From the IMG/VR virus record IMGVR_UViG_3300028384_001376, positions 815 through 64,814 of that record: DNA of 64,000 bases; one strand, written 5' to 3'. This stretch comes from a virus. A program made the position numbers and the translations under genes. The notes beneath the pieces were generated by a model that ran no database searches, was not told the origin of the DNA, and saw only the letters and a list, made by a program, of their open reading frames with translations. Shown here piece after piece: positions 46,790-55,237 of this stretch; the stretch's first letter is position 1, and every line of letters begins with the position of its first letter.

Positions 46790-47290
46790 GCCAGGGATGG
46801 TGCAGTGCGATATGGAGAGTCAAGGCGGCTCAGGGCTATATATGGCTAAATTAGTCCAGGCTGGTTCCGGTGATGCAAGCCAAGGCTGCTCTTGTCTTGG
46901 ATAGACCGGGTGCGACATAGCCGGGCGATGCCGAGCCGGGCACTCCAAGCCAAGGCAGCCCGTAGCATGGCGAGTTAATGCTGGGCGCTGTAATGCACTA
47001 CAAGGCGGCTCGCGGACTGACCGATGCAATGCGCTGCAATGCGCGACCGGGCAGTACCAGACGTAGCTTTGTCTGTCAAGGCGGCCCATGACCTGACTTG
47101 ATATGGCCCGTCGATGCTTGGAAAGCCAATGCGGCCCTTGTTTAGGCCGGGCTGGGCCAAGCCGGGCGATGTCCGACTTTGCCGTGCCCGGCAAGCCAAG
47201 GCAAGGCAATGCGACCCCGAGCACGTCACGATTAGATCAGGCGTTACACGGCAAAGCAAGGCTCCACAAGTCAAGGCGAAAGGAGAAGAA
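46790..47290. repeat. non-coding array of about 9 CAAGGC(N)GC motifs plus two ~45-bp AGCCGGGCGATG...CCAAGGCA units
   Basis: Motif starts at 46821, 46881, 46951, 47001, 47077, 47127, 47197, 47257 and 47273. No convincing ORF on either strand. Confidence 0.45.
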
Positions 47291-47291
47291 G

Positions 47292-47501
47292 ATGCTGGCA
47301 AGATCGGGATATAACAGGAGTTGGCCCAAAAAACGGAAGATGCCGGTTTGTATCCGGTGCGAGCAACCGTTTCGGCCCAAACCCAATAAAAGCATCACGA
47401 TTTGCCAAGCGTGTCTATTAACCCAAAGCCAAAAAGAAAGGGAGAAGAACAATGAGAAAGATCACAGCCGTAATCGAAGGAATTGCGCCCATTTTGTTTA
47501 A
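47292..47501 (+). CDS. small zinc-ribbon protein (69 aa), uncertain
   Basis: GGAGAAGAAG then ATG 47292. CxxC...CxxC pair. Overlaps the next gene by 50 nt. Confidence 0.3.
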   Translation: MLARSGYNRSWPKKRKMPVCIRCEQPFRPKPNKSITICQACLLTQSQKEREKNNEKDHSRNRRNCAHFV

Positions 47502-48096
47502 CCGTTTCACCGAAGAGGCCATCGATGCGATGGAAAAGATGTCCGGTGGAAAAAAGAAAACCAAAAAGGACAAGGTTGTAGAGGCTACCACCAAAGTCTA
47601 CCGGGATGCTGAGGGATTTTTGTGTGTTCCGTCAGACAACGTCAAAAAATGTATCCTGGAAGGATGTGCCATGGGTGGCTATAAGATCGGCCGCCGCAGC
47701 GCTATGCCGTTTATGCGGGCCACTTTGTTTCTTGAAGGGCAAACCGTATCATTTGGCAAAAAAGATCCCGATGGCCATCATACGACGGAGGTTTTCCGAC
47801 ACGACGGAAAGACCTTCTACCACATAAAAGAACCCGATGGCATCCATGAGTGTACGGGTCGCATACCTCCGCGCACAGGTGCCCGTGTAGTGATCCGGCG
47901 CCCCTATCTTGACACGGGCTGGACCTTGACGCTGCCTCTTATCGCCATGGATGATCGCATCAACGATGAAATGATCCAGGGCTCAATCCAAGAGGGTGGT
48001 CTGCTGGTGGGGTTGTGCGATCATCGGCCCGAATATGGTCGCTTTAAGATCAATAAATTTGAGATTAAAGAGGCTAAGGTTAAGAAAGCTGCATAG
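47452..48096 (+). CDS. hypothetical protein (214 aa)
   Basis: AGGGAG RBS then ATG 47452. Confidence 0.45.
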   Translation: MRKITAVIEGIAPILFNRFTEEAIDAMEKMSGGKKKTKKDKVVEATTKVYRDAEGFLCVPSDNVKKCILEGCAMGGYKIGRRSAMPFMRATLFLEGQTVSFGKKDPDGHHTTEVFRHDGKTFYHIKEPDGIHECTGRIPPRTGARVVIRRPYLDTGWTLTLPLIAMDDRINDEMIQGSIQEGGLLVGLCDHRPEYGRFKINKFEIKEAKVKKAA

Positions 48097-48147
48097 AGTC
48101 AAAGTGGGCCCCAGGCGGTCCTGGGGTCCACTCAGAGGAGACCTTAG

Positions 48148-48510
48148 ATGAAAAACCAAATCCCCCCCAACATCGAAAAATTGCGCATCACCCACGGCCC
48201 GCTGGCCTCCGATCCCAGCTATGGCCGCAACGGCGTATTTTTCATCCCCTACGCCGACACCGAGCTGCGGGTGATCATCTCCGACGGCGGCGGCTGGGAC
48301 CATGTCAGCGTGAGCACAGGCCACCGCTGCCCCACGTTTGAGGAACTCAAGTGGATAAAAGGGCTGTTTTGGGACAAGGAGGAGACCGTCGTCCATTTCT
48401 TCCCCAAAGAGAGCCAATACGTAAATTGTCACCCATACACCCTGCACCTGTGGAAAAAGCAGGGCGTAGACCATGAGCTGCCACCGTCGGTCTTTGTCGG
48501 GCCCAGCTGA
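48148..48510 (+). CDS. hypothetical protein (120 aa)
   Basis: GGAGACC...ATG 48148. Confidence 0.45.
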   Translation: MKNQIPPNIEKLRITHGPLASDPSYGRNGVFFIPYADTELRVIISDGGGWDHVSVSTGHRCPTFEELKWIKGLFWDKEETVVHFFPKESQYVNCHPYTLHLWKKQGVDHELPPSVFVGPS

Positions 48511-48530
48511 AAAACAAGAGGAGGAAAACA

Positions 48531-49274
48531 ATGGGTAAACTTCACGAATTGTTGTCAGTAGAGGGCGACCTGGAGGGCACCTTCAAGGCCATCTTGAAAG
48601 AGACCCAGCACAGCTTCGCCAAAAAGCCGGGCCTTTTTTTCGGCTACAACAAGCGCCTGGAGATGTTCGCCGAGGATGCGCCCCAGGCCCCGGAAGAGTC
48701 CCAGGAGATGACCAGCACCGTCAAGGAGAAGGTCAACTACGCCTCCGGCCACATCATCAAGTACCTGGACGCGGTCTTACAGAAAGAGGCCACCAACCAG
48801 CTGGCCAAGGCCGACCTGGTGGTCGACGGCGTCACCTTGGGCTCGGACCTGCCGGCCACCTTCCTGCTGGGCCTGGAGACCCGGCTCAAAAAAGTGCGCG
48901 AGGCCCTGGCCGCCATGCCCACCCTGCCCTCGGGCCGCAGGTGGACGGTCGATACGACCAGGGGCGAGGATGTCTACCTTTCCGAGACGCCCGACGAGAA
49001 GTTTAAGACAGCCAAGACCTTCCGGCACAAAGTGCTTTATGAGGCCACCGAGCACCACCCGGCGCAGATCGAGCGCTGGGAGGAGACCGAAAACGTGGGA
49101 AAATATATTACGACGACCTGGTCCGGGATGTTGTCATCGGCGCAAAAGTCTGCCATATTGGGCCGAATGGATAAGCTAATCCAGGCCACCAAAAAGGCCC
49201 GACAGCGGGCCAACACGCAAGACGTGCTCCAGCGTACCATCGGCAAGGAGCTGTTCGATTATTTAGCGGTTTAG
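48531..49274 (+). CDS. hypothetical protein (247 aa)
   Basis: AGGAGGAAAACA then ATG 48531. Confidence 0.45.
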   Translation: MGKLHELLSVEGDLEGTFKAILKETQHSFAKKPGLFFGYNKRLEMFAEDAPQAPEESQEMTSTVKEKVNYASGHIIKYLDAVLQKEATNQLAKADLVVDGVTLGSDLPATFLLGLETRLKKVREALAAMPTLPSGRRWTVDTTRGEDVYLSETPDEKFKTAKTFRHKVLYEATEHHPAQIERWEETENVGKYITTTWSGMLSSAQKSAILGRMDKLIQATKKARQRANTQDVLQRTIGKELFDYLAV

Positions 49275-49373
49275 CTATGGGACAGCGTCAGCCTTAGTCT
49301 CAGCGTCAGTATTTCAATTTAGTGTTTTGATCCCTCAGTTTTAAGTGCGGGCAAAAAAAATTTGGCAACCAGG

Positions 49374-49417
49374 TCGATTGCACCTGTGCGACGGTTCAAA
49401 TCCGTTCCTCCCCTCCA
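49374..49417 (+). other. tRNA 3'-half fragment (variable region, T-arm, acceptor 3' strand CCTCCCC, T, CCA)
   Basis: GACGG-TTCAAAT-CCGTT T-arm followed by CCTCCCCTCCA. No matching 5' half upstream. Confidence 0.4.
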
Positions 49418-49430
49418 AACCAAACTCTAT

Positions 49431-49455
49431 GGGGAGGTAGCTCAGTGGTAGAGCA
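49431..49455 (+). other. tRNA 5'-half fragment (acceptor GGGGAGG plus D-arm)
   Basis: GGGGAGG-TA-GCTC-AGTGGTA-GAGC-A. No anticodon arm or T-arm follows. The acceptor is perfectly complementary to the fragment at 49407-49413. Confidence 0.4.
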
Positions 49456-49508
49456 AGGCATGTGAGTCTGAGCCAGGTTGTTCAACATCAAAGGTAAAAC
49501 CCGCCACA

Positions 49509-49582
49509 GCGCACATCGCTCAGTCTGGTTAGAGCATACGCCCTTGGAGCGTAGGACATCGGTTCAAATCCGATTGTGCATG
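49509..49582 (+). tRNA. tRNA (anticodon loop CCTTGGA, probably UUG/Gln; imperfect acceptor stem)
   Basis: Manual fold gives acceptor GCGCACA, D-arm GCTC/GAGC, anticodon stem TACGC/GCGTA, T-arm ATCGG-TTCAAAT-CCGAT and 3' strand TGTGCAT. Acceptor positions 2:71 and 1:72 are a mismatch and a wobble. Confidence 0.45.
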
Positions 49583-49649
49583 ACATTGAAGCTGGGGGTC
49601 TCGGCACGGATAGGTCGGGGCCCCCATACACCCAACAACGGAGGAGCAC

Positions 49650-49901
49650 ATGGACGATATAGCAAAACAGCAGTATCTCGAAACTCTATTGCGCGGGATG
49701 GCTGCGGCCATCGATGAAACCATTAACGAGAAGCTGGGCAACTTGGGCTTTGCCCTGGTCGTGTTCGAGTTTAATAAGCTCGACCTCGGCCATTACGTCT
49801 CCAACGCCCGGCGCGACGATATGATCAAGGCCCTGCGCGAGCTGGCCGACCGGCTGGAGAAAAACCAGACCATCCCGCCGGGCCATGAGGTGGTGCAGTA
49901 G
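49650..49901 (+). CDS. hypothetical protein (83 aa)
   Basis: GGAGGAGCAC then ATG 49650. Confidence 0.4.
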   Translation: MDDIAKQQYLETLLRGMAAAIDETINEKLGNLGFALVVFEFNKLDLGHYVSNARRDDMIKALRELADRLEKNQTIPPGHEVVQ

Positions 49902-50320
49902 TGCGGCCCAACCCCACCGAAACCGAGGACCACAAGGCCCTGATCCGCTGGGTGCGGTTCATGGAACTGCAGATCCCGGACCTGCGCTTTTTCATCCATT
50001 ACCCGGCGTCCGGGTTCAACGTCGGCGCCCGCGAGCAAAAGGCCCGGAACAAGGTGGTGATCATCCAGCGGCAGATCCTCAAGCAGCTGGGCGTGAGCAA
50101 CGACGTGGCCGATTTTTTGTGGCCCGTGCGCCGGGGCCCCTACCCTGGCCTGTGGATGGAGCTCAAGCGCCGTCGTGGCGGCAAGCTGCGCCAGGGCCAA
50201 AGAGAGTGGCTCAACGCCATGGAGGCCCAGGGCTATGCCGTGGCCGTGGCCCGTGGGCTGGAGGCGGCCAAGGCGGTGGTGCTGCAGTATGAGGGGCTCA
50301 AAGATGACGAGCAGACCTAA
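49901..50320 (+). CDS. VRR-NUC domain nuclease (139 aa)
   Basis: GTG start overlapping the upstream stop. VRR-NUC-like conserved D/E/K/Q pattern. Confidence 0.5.
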   Translation: MRPNPTETEDHKALIRWVRFMELQIPDLRFFIHYPASGFNVGAREQKARNKVVIIQRQILKQLGVSNDVADFLWPVRRGPYPGLWMELKRRRGGKLRQGQREWLNAMEAQGYAVAVARGLEAAKAVVLQYEGLKDDEQT

Positions 50321-50501
50321 GCCATATCAACTCAAGCCCGGCCTGCCGCAGGCCTGCCCGCTGATCACCCGGATGGTGCCCAAGGCCTGCCGGTTTGCGC
50401 CCCGGTTGTTTTTCCAGCTGCTGCATGAGGGCGTGCTGCCCATCGATGATGATTGCCCGTATCGAGGAATTTGCAAACTCTACAAGAGGAGGAAAAGATG
50501 A
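50304..50501 (+). CDS. small Cys-containing protein (65 aa), uncertain
   Basis: ATG 50304 overlapping the stop of the VRR-NUC gene. Confidence 0.25.
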   Translation: MTSRPKPYQLKPGLPQACPLITRMVPKACRFAPRLFFQLLHEGVLPIDDDCPYRGICKLYKRRKR

Positions 50502-51115
50502 AAAAAGGATTAAGCGAGATCGTATGTATCATAGATCGATCGGGTTCCATGGAGAAAATCAAGCACGACGCCATCGGCGGGTTCAACACCTTCGTGGCCG
50601 ATCAAAAAAGACACCCCGGCGAGGCCACCATGACCTATGTGCAATTCGACAACCAGTATGAAATCGTCTTTGAGGGCAAACCCCTCAACGAGGTTCAACC
50701 GATTGACGCATCTACATTTGTGCCCAGAGGATCTACGGCGTTGTTGGATGCAGTGGGCCGTACCATCAACAATGTCGGGGCACGACTGTCAAACATACCA
50801 GAAGACCAACGGCCGGAAAGTGTTATCGTGGTAATCATCACCGACGGCGAGGAAAACGCCAGCCAGGAGATGACGCGGAAGATGATCAAGGGCATGATCA
50901 CCCATCAGCAGGACAAGTACGGCTGGCAGTTTATCTTCCTGGCGGCCAATCAGGATGCCTTTGCCGAGGCTGGCAAGCTGGGCATCCCACAGTTTAACAC
51001 GAATAATTTTGCACCCACCGGCGAAGGCGTAAGGTCGGCCTATAAAATCTCAAGCGATACAACGGCCAGCTATCGGGCACAAGGGAGCTCACATGAAAAA
51101 GATACTACTATTTGA
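50498..51115 (+). CDS. von Willebrand factor A (vWA) domain protein (205 aa)
   Basis: AGGAGGAAAAG RBS. MIDAS motif IIDRSGSM. Confidence 0.6.
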   Translation: MKKGLSEIVCIIDRSGSMEKIKHDAIGGFNTFVADQKRHPGEATMTYVQFDNQYEIVFEGKPLNEVQPIDASTFVPRGSTALLDAVGRTINNVGARLSNIPEDQRPESVIVVIITDGEENASQEMTRKMIKGMITHQQDKYGWQFIFLAANQDAFAEAGKLGIPQFNTNNFAPTGEGVRSAYKISSDTTASYRAQGSSHEKDTTI

Positions 51116-51560
51116 CTTCGACGGCGTGATCCACAGCTATGAGAGCGGCTGGAAAGGCGCCCGCGTCATCCCTGACGGGCCTGTGCCAGGGGCCATCGAG
51201 TGTTTGATCGAGCTGGTGCTCGACGGCAGATACGAGGTGTGCATCTACTCCAGCCGATCGAGCCAGCGGGGCGGCAAGCGTGCCATGAAGCGATGGCTGC
51301 GCGAGTGGTTCGTCAATCTGTGCCGCGCTAAGCCCTACCCTATGCTGTCGGGTCCGCTCAGGACCTGGATGGACCAGTATGCGTTTGGCAAGGCCTACTT
51401 TGTCGGTGCCGATCAACTGATCCGCGCCATCAGCTGGCCCAACAAAAAGCCGCCGGCGTGGCTGACCATCGATGACCGGGCAGTCACATTCACGGGCGAC
51501 TTCGAGACCCTGCGCGGGGTCATCGAGACATTCAAACCGTGGAATAAGAAGAAGGTATAA
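51093..51560 (+). CDS. HAD-superfamily phosphatase / nucleotidase-like (155 aa)
   Basis: Motif I FDFDGV at the N-terminus. Confidence 0.55.
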   Translation: MKKILLFDFDGVIHSYESGWKGARVIPDGPVPGAIECLIELVLDGRYEVCIYSSRSSQRGGKRAMKRWLREWFVNLCRAKPYPMLSGPLRTWMDQYAFGKAYFVGADQLIRAISWPNKKPPAWLTIDDRAVTFTGDFETLRGVIETFKPWNKKKV

Positions 51561-51565
51561 GCGCT

Positions 51566-51754
51566 ATGTCGGATCGAATCACGCATTTATTGAGATACAT
51601 GGAGTACGATTACCTGACGGACGCAGAGCATGATCTGGTCTGCAGTTTTGAAAAACAGTTTGAGCGCAAGGGCAGCCTATCGGATCGCCAGCTGAAAATC
51701 CTGGAGGATATCAATGAGCGGGCTGATCTGAGGAATGGCCCCTTCCGACGATAA
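51566..51754 (+). CDS. small hypothetical protein (62 aa)
   Basis: ATG 51566 directly after the upstream stop. Confidence 0.35.
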   Translation: MSDRITHLLRYMEYDYLTDAEHDLVCSFEKQFERKGSLSDRQLKILEDINERADLRNGPFRR

Positions 51755-51772
51755 TCGAAAAGGAGACCCATC

Positions 51773-52045
51773 ATGAATAGACATCAGAGCGCCAGGGGCT
51801 CAATGCCCATCGGCAATCAACGGCCCAGGGCCATCGAGGTCAAGATTGCCGACACCGAGGAGCTGACCTGCGAACAGTGCGGCGCTGCGGCCTGGCAGGA
51901 TGCCGTGAGAATTTTTCGCGTGTCCCGGTTGCTGGCGGGTACACCCACGGACATTTTCGCCCGTGCTAATACTGTCGTGTGCGCCAAGTGCGGGGCGCGT
52001 AAGGACGACGAGACGCCGCTGCAAGTGCTCCATATAACGCTATGA
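51773..52045 (+). CDS. small zinc-ribbon protein (90 aa)
   Basis: CEQCG...CAKCG motif pair. Confidence 0.4.
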   Translation: MNRHQSARGSMPIGNQRPRAIEVKIADTEELTCEQCGAAAWQDAVRIFRVSRLLAGTPTDIFARANTVVCAKCGARKDDETPLQVLHITL

Positions 52046-52290
52046 ATCGGGACCTATATCTCAAGCGCGTCGCCGAGCTGTGTGGCGATGACGAGCGCCT
52101 GGAGGGCCTGGATGCCATCCGAAAATTCATCGATCCGACGATGAGCATGCGCACGTTTTACAATCACCACAGGGAGCCGCTGCGCCCGTGGATCGTCGAG
52201 CGAAAAATGTGGTGGAAAAAGCGATTGCCGCAGTTCTACAGTTACAAGCGGTTAATTTTGCTATACATGCTCAAACGCAAAATCATCTGA
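52042..52290 (+). CDS. hypothetical protein (82 aa)
   Basis: ATGA overlap. Last gene before the terminator. Confidence 0.4.
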   Translation: MNRDLYLKRVAELCGDDERLEGLDAIRKFIDPTMSMRTFYNHHREPLRPWIVERKMWWKKRLPQFYSYKRLILLYMLKRKII

Positions 52291-52454
52291 ATTTGCACCA
52301 AAAAAGCGCGCTCCTCTGTGAATATTTCGGCACTCGGCAAGGGTGAAGGCCGAGATATCAACACAGGAGCGCCTCCCAGCGGGCGCGATCCCGCTAATGC
52401 GGTGGGAATTGTCTGTCGGCTTGGCAGGTTGCACGGCAGGGAGGCCAAAAGAAG

Positions 52455-52486
52455 AGGCCCGTCGGATCTCGGCGGGCCTTTTTTGG
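52455..52486. terminator. rho-independent terminator (GGCCCG...CGGGCC + TTTTTT), possibly bidirectional
   Basis: Hairpin and T-tract read directly. Lies between convergent gene blocks. Confidence 0.5.
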
Positions 52487-52520
52487 GTTGTAGCTATGTA
52501 GTTTGATTCCTATTGTTACC

Positions 52521-52796
52521 CTATTTACAGCGATATGAGGCTGCGCACCCTCCGATACATTGTGGATCGCCATTGCAGAGCGCCATGCATGTTTCCATCT
52601 GATATCGGCAGCTGTAACCGTTGATGCATAGCTTATAGTTCGCAGCGCAATTGCTGTTACAATACGGATCGCCACCGCAAAAAGCCATACACTCCGCCAC
52701 CTGTTGGCGACAGCTATCCTCCCCACCAATAGCGGCGGCGGCAAAAATGGTGACCAACAACGAAATGACGACTGATAAAATGGCAGTTTTCGTCAT
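52521..52796 (-). CDS. secreted Cys-rich small protein (91 aa; signal peptide plus two CMAxCxGDPxCxxxCAAxYxxC repeats, 14 Cys)
   Basis: Strong RBS ATAGGAGGTATTT and an AT-rich promoter-like upstream segment. Hydrophobic N-terminus with an AAA-IGG cleavage-like site. Confidence 0.45.
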   Translation of the reverse strand: MTKTAILSVVISLLVTIFAAAAIGGEDSCRQQVAECMAFCGGDPYCNSNCAANYKLCINGYSCRYQMETCMALCNGDPQCIGGCAASYRCK

Positions 52797-52864
52797 AAAT
52801 ACCTCCTATAGAACAAATTACACATTTTGTACCTGCTGATAGATTGCTGCATCAAGCATGCCGG

Positions 52865-53098
52865 TTAGAGGCCCAGGACGACTTCGAGCTCGTTGCAGTC
52901 GCGCAGGAGATGCTGGTATCTGAGCTCAAGCGGCAGCCGGACGCTGGCGGGCACCTCCGCGTCGTAGGCGCCATCACGGGCCAGCTGGTCCAAGATGTTG
53001 ATCTTGTTTGCCAGCATTTCTTCGAGCACGGCGGGATGGTAGCCGCCGCCCTGGTAGTACAATAGTTCTGTGTTTTTTTGACAATGTGGACAGATCAT
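52865..53098 (-). CDS. hypothetical protein (77 aa) with N-terminal CPHC
   Basis: Preceded by the conserved AACCCCACGCCAAAGGAGG motif. Confidence 0.35.
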   Translation of the reverse strand: MICPHCQKNTELLYYQGGGYHPAVLEEMLANKINILDQLARDGAYDAEVPASVRLPLELRYQHLLRDCNELEVVLGL

Positions 53099-53136
53099 GG
53101 TTTTCTTCCTCCTTTGGCGTGGGGTTGGTTAAGGTC

Positions 53137-53442
53137 CTACTGTTCATCCCTCCTGAATTTGGCCAGCCAGGCCTTGACGGCCTCTTTCGAGCCCCAACAG
53201 TCGCGTGGGGCATGGTTATGCAGATAGTTGACGTAGGCGGGCAGGTTGCCGATGTTGTTGTGGTCCGCTCGACCAATGGCCGTGTGCAGATCGTTGATTA
53301 ACACGGCGTATAAGAACTCGCCCGGCATATAGCCCTTTTCGATATAGTCGATCACCGACTGGCGCATGTAGTCGGGCACGGCATAGGTTTGGAAACCGTA
53401 CTCGAACGTCCAAGGGTCGCTGGTTGTTTGATAGTCTGGCAT
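53137..53442 (-). CDS. hypothetical protein (101 aa)
   Basis: AAGGAG RBS then ATG at 53442 (minus strand). Confidence 0.4.
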   Translation of the reverse strand: MPDYQTTSDPWTFEYGFQTYAVPDYMRQSVIDYIEKGYMPGEFLYAVLINDLHTAIGRADHNNIGNLPAYVNYLHNHAPRDCWGSKEAVKAWLAKFRRDEQ

Positions 53443-53452
53443 AGGCGGCTCC

Positions 53453-53701
53453 TTAATTCTCCACAAAGCCCTGTTTGATTTTAGTTTCTTCGGTGATGAG
53501 CCCCAGTTTTTTGAGATCTGCGGTCATAGACTCCTCGGTCTGGCCCCAAAAAATCAGCAGATCAACGTCTATACCCACATCTTCGGCCATGATATGGATA
53601 GGCTTGCCCTCCCGCAACTTGCCCAGGTTGGCCTCAGATAAGCCCAGGCCGAGCATTTCTCTATTTCCACTTCCACGTCCTGCTTTAAATTTGATCATCA
53701 T
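53453..53701 (-). CDS. hypothetical protein (82 aa)
   Basis: ATGA overlap with the upstream gene. Confidence 0.4.
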   Translation of the reverse strand: MMIKFKAGRGSGNREMLGLGLSEANLGKLREGKPIHIMAEDVGIDVDLLIFWGQTEESMTADLKKLGLITEETKIKQGFVEN

Positions 53702-54048
53702 ACCTCCTGTGCGCCGAGAAAGGCCACAAGCCCCTCGGCCTCTAAGTTTTCTGTTTCTGCGATCTGCTCGCAAATGTATCTATGGCCTGCAGCGGCCTCT
53801 GACCATGTGCTATAGCGCCGCCGGATTTCCACCTCGTCCGGCCCGAAGATGGCCGTTTCAAATAGCAGCGGCGGGCCCTTCCAGAACTGATGGTCTAATC
53901 CCAGGAATACGGTGCTGATCCAATATCCGGCGATATTAGCGTCAGCGACTCGGCGACGGTCGATATCGTTCATCATCAGCCCCCACTCTGTGATGTCGAA
54001 CGTGGGGATGGGGTTGTTGTCGTCGTCGAGGATGTAGAGGCCTATCAT
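53698..54048 (-). CDS. hypothetical protein (116 aa)
   Basis: Start MIGLYILDDDNN at 54048 (minus strand). Confidence 0.35.
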   Translation of the reverse strand: MIGLYILDDDNNPIPTFDITEWGLMMNDIDRRRVADANIAGYWISTVFLGLDHQFWKGPPLLFETAIFGPDEVEIRRRYSTWSEAAAGHRYICEQIAETENLEAEGLVAFLGAQEV

Positions 54049-54049
54049 G

Positions 54050-54340
54050 CTATATCGCCTTGCGCCGGGCATCGGCGACCGCCCGACGCTTGAGTTTTGC
54101 TGGCAGGGCGGCAAAGTCGTACTCGACGCCGTGCCGATAGGCCCGCGCTTTGATACAGCAACCATCGCCCACGGGCACCAGCCCCCTTTTCACCAGGGAG
54201 CACTTGGCCCGGCCCTGGCGATTGAAGCGCAGGCTGGGGCACCGGTCGAGCTCGCCGATGCCGTGGTAAGCCTGCCCGGCGATGCAGGTGGTGGAAAGGC
54301 AGCAGAAGCCGCAGCGGACGCATTTGTGGGGGTAGTTCAT
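54050..54340 (-). CDS. CxxCxxCC cysteine-cluster protein (UPF0153/YkgJ-like) (96 aa)
   Basis: CVRCGFCC motif plus additional Cys. Confidence 0.45.
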   Translation of the reverse strand: MNYPHKCVRCGFCCLSTTCIAGQAYHGIGELDRCPSLRFNRQGRAKCSLVKRGLVPVGDGCCIKARAYRHGVEYDFAALPAKLKRRAVADARRKAI

Positions 54341-54361
54341 CCTTCCTCGCTCAGCTTTGGG

Positions 54362-54700
54362 TTAGGCGTCTTCGATGATATCGCCGAAATACTTCTCGAT
54401 CACGTCAGTACTCAGATACTGCTCAGCCCACTCCAGGGCCTCATCCTTCGACATGGGGATGAGCTTGGACCCGCCGGAGCTGCCGGAGCTGCTGTGCTGG
54501 TCAACCTTGTGCCCGAAACGGGTCATTGGCCCGCCAGTGCCCGCGAGGAAATATCGCTTGGACCTGGGGGTGACGTAGAGCCCGGCCTCCCACCAGGAGA
54601 AGTCGGACCTGCTGCTGGCGCCTGCGCCGATGTTGTCGGTCTCGCCGATTAACGTGGCTTTGTCGGTGTCGTAGCGGACACCTTGGATGATGCGTTTCAT
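54362..54700 (-). CDS. hypothetical protein (112 aa)
   Basis: Preceded by the conserved motif and a double GGAGG RBS. Confidence 0.45.
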   Translation of the reverse strand: MKRIIQGVRYDTDKATLIGETDNIGAGASSRSDFSWWEAGLYVTPRSKRYFLAGTGGPMTRFGHKVDQHSSSGSSGGSKLIPMSKDEALEWAEQYLSTDVIEKYFGDIIEDA

Positions 54701-54770
54701 GATGCCTCCTTATGCCTCCTTTGGCGTGGGGTTATGGGGCCAGCCATGCCAGCCCCTGGTGGTTGTCGTT

Positions 54771-54971
54771 TTACTTCTGGAAATCTGCGACGCGACCATC
54801 ATAGTCGCAGTCTGTGCAGGAGCAGAAGTTTTCACTCTCCCACTCGAAGTCGCCGGTCTTTTCAACGCCATTGTCGGATACGCGGGCGGTCGTGCCGCCC
54901 TGGATGCTGAAAGGGCCCTCGCTGCCGCATTTGGGGCAGGCCATGCCTGCTAATACGTTTGTGTTTGCCAT
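54771..54971 (-). CDS. zinc-ribbon protein (66 aa)
   Basis: GGAGGG RBS. CPKCG...CSCTDC motif pair. Confidence 0.4.
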   Translation of the reverse strand: MANTNVLAGMACPKCGSEGPFSIQGGTTARVSDNGVEKTGDFEWESENFCSCTDCDYDGRVADFQK

Positions 54972-54979
54972 ATTCCCTC

Positions 54980-55237
54980 CTAATACTCCATATCGCCTTC
55001 TTCGATGACCTCGGCCTCGAAATAATTGATGGCCTCGAACATAACGCTTTTGACTTCCGATACGTCCAGCCCGCACTCGCGGGCCAGTAGGTGCCCCAGG
55101 TTGACCATCAGGTCCTTCACGTTTTGCCGCGTTTCGCCCTCCTCCGTGGCCGGGAAGGCCTCCAGGGCGGCCAGCGCCCAGTCGGCTCGCACGTCGTTGA
55201 GTGGCTGGCCTGAGTTTTTGATTGGGGTGTGTGACAT
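54980..55237 (-). CDS. acidic hypothetical protein (85 aa); first gene of the leftward small-gene block
   Basis: AAGGAGAAACA then ATG (minus strand). Conserved motif upstream. Confidence 0.4.
   Translation of the reverse strand: MSHTPIKNSGQPLNDVRADWALAALEAFPATEEGETRQNVKDLMVNLGHLLARECGLDVSEVKSVMFEAINYFEAEVIEEGDMEY

Noticed and set aside
46790-47290. CRISPR array hypothesis for the CAAGGC repeat region
   Set aside because: The repeat unit is only about 9 bp with irregular 50-76 bp spacing. There are no 28-37-bp palindromic repeats and no cas genes.
46820-47301. Minus-strand ORFs (134 aa and 108 aa) and the plus ORF 47103-47501 across the repeat array
   Set aside because: No RBS. The translations are dominated by the repeat motif. 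They are more parsimoniously non-coding. Only the short zinc-ribbon ORF 47292-47501 was kept, tentatively.
49430-49500. A complete tRNA starting at GGGGAGG (49431)
   Set aside because: Acceptor and D-arm are canonical, but no anticodon stem can be paired (AGGCA/TGTGAGT/CTGAG) and no T-arm follows. It is treated as a 5' fragment.
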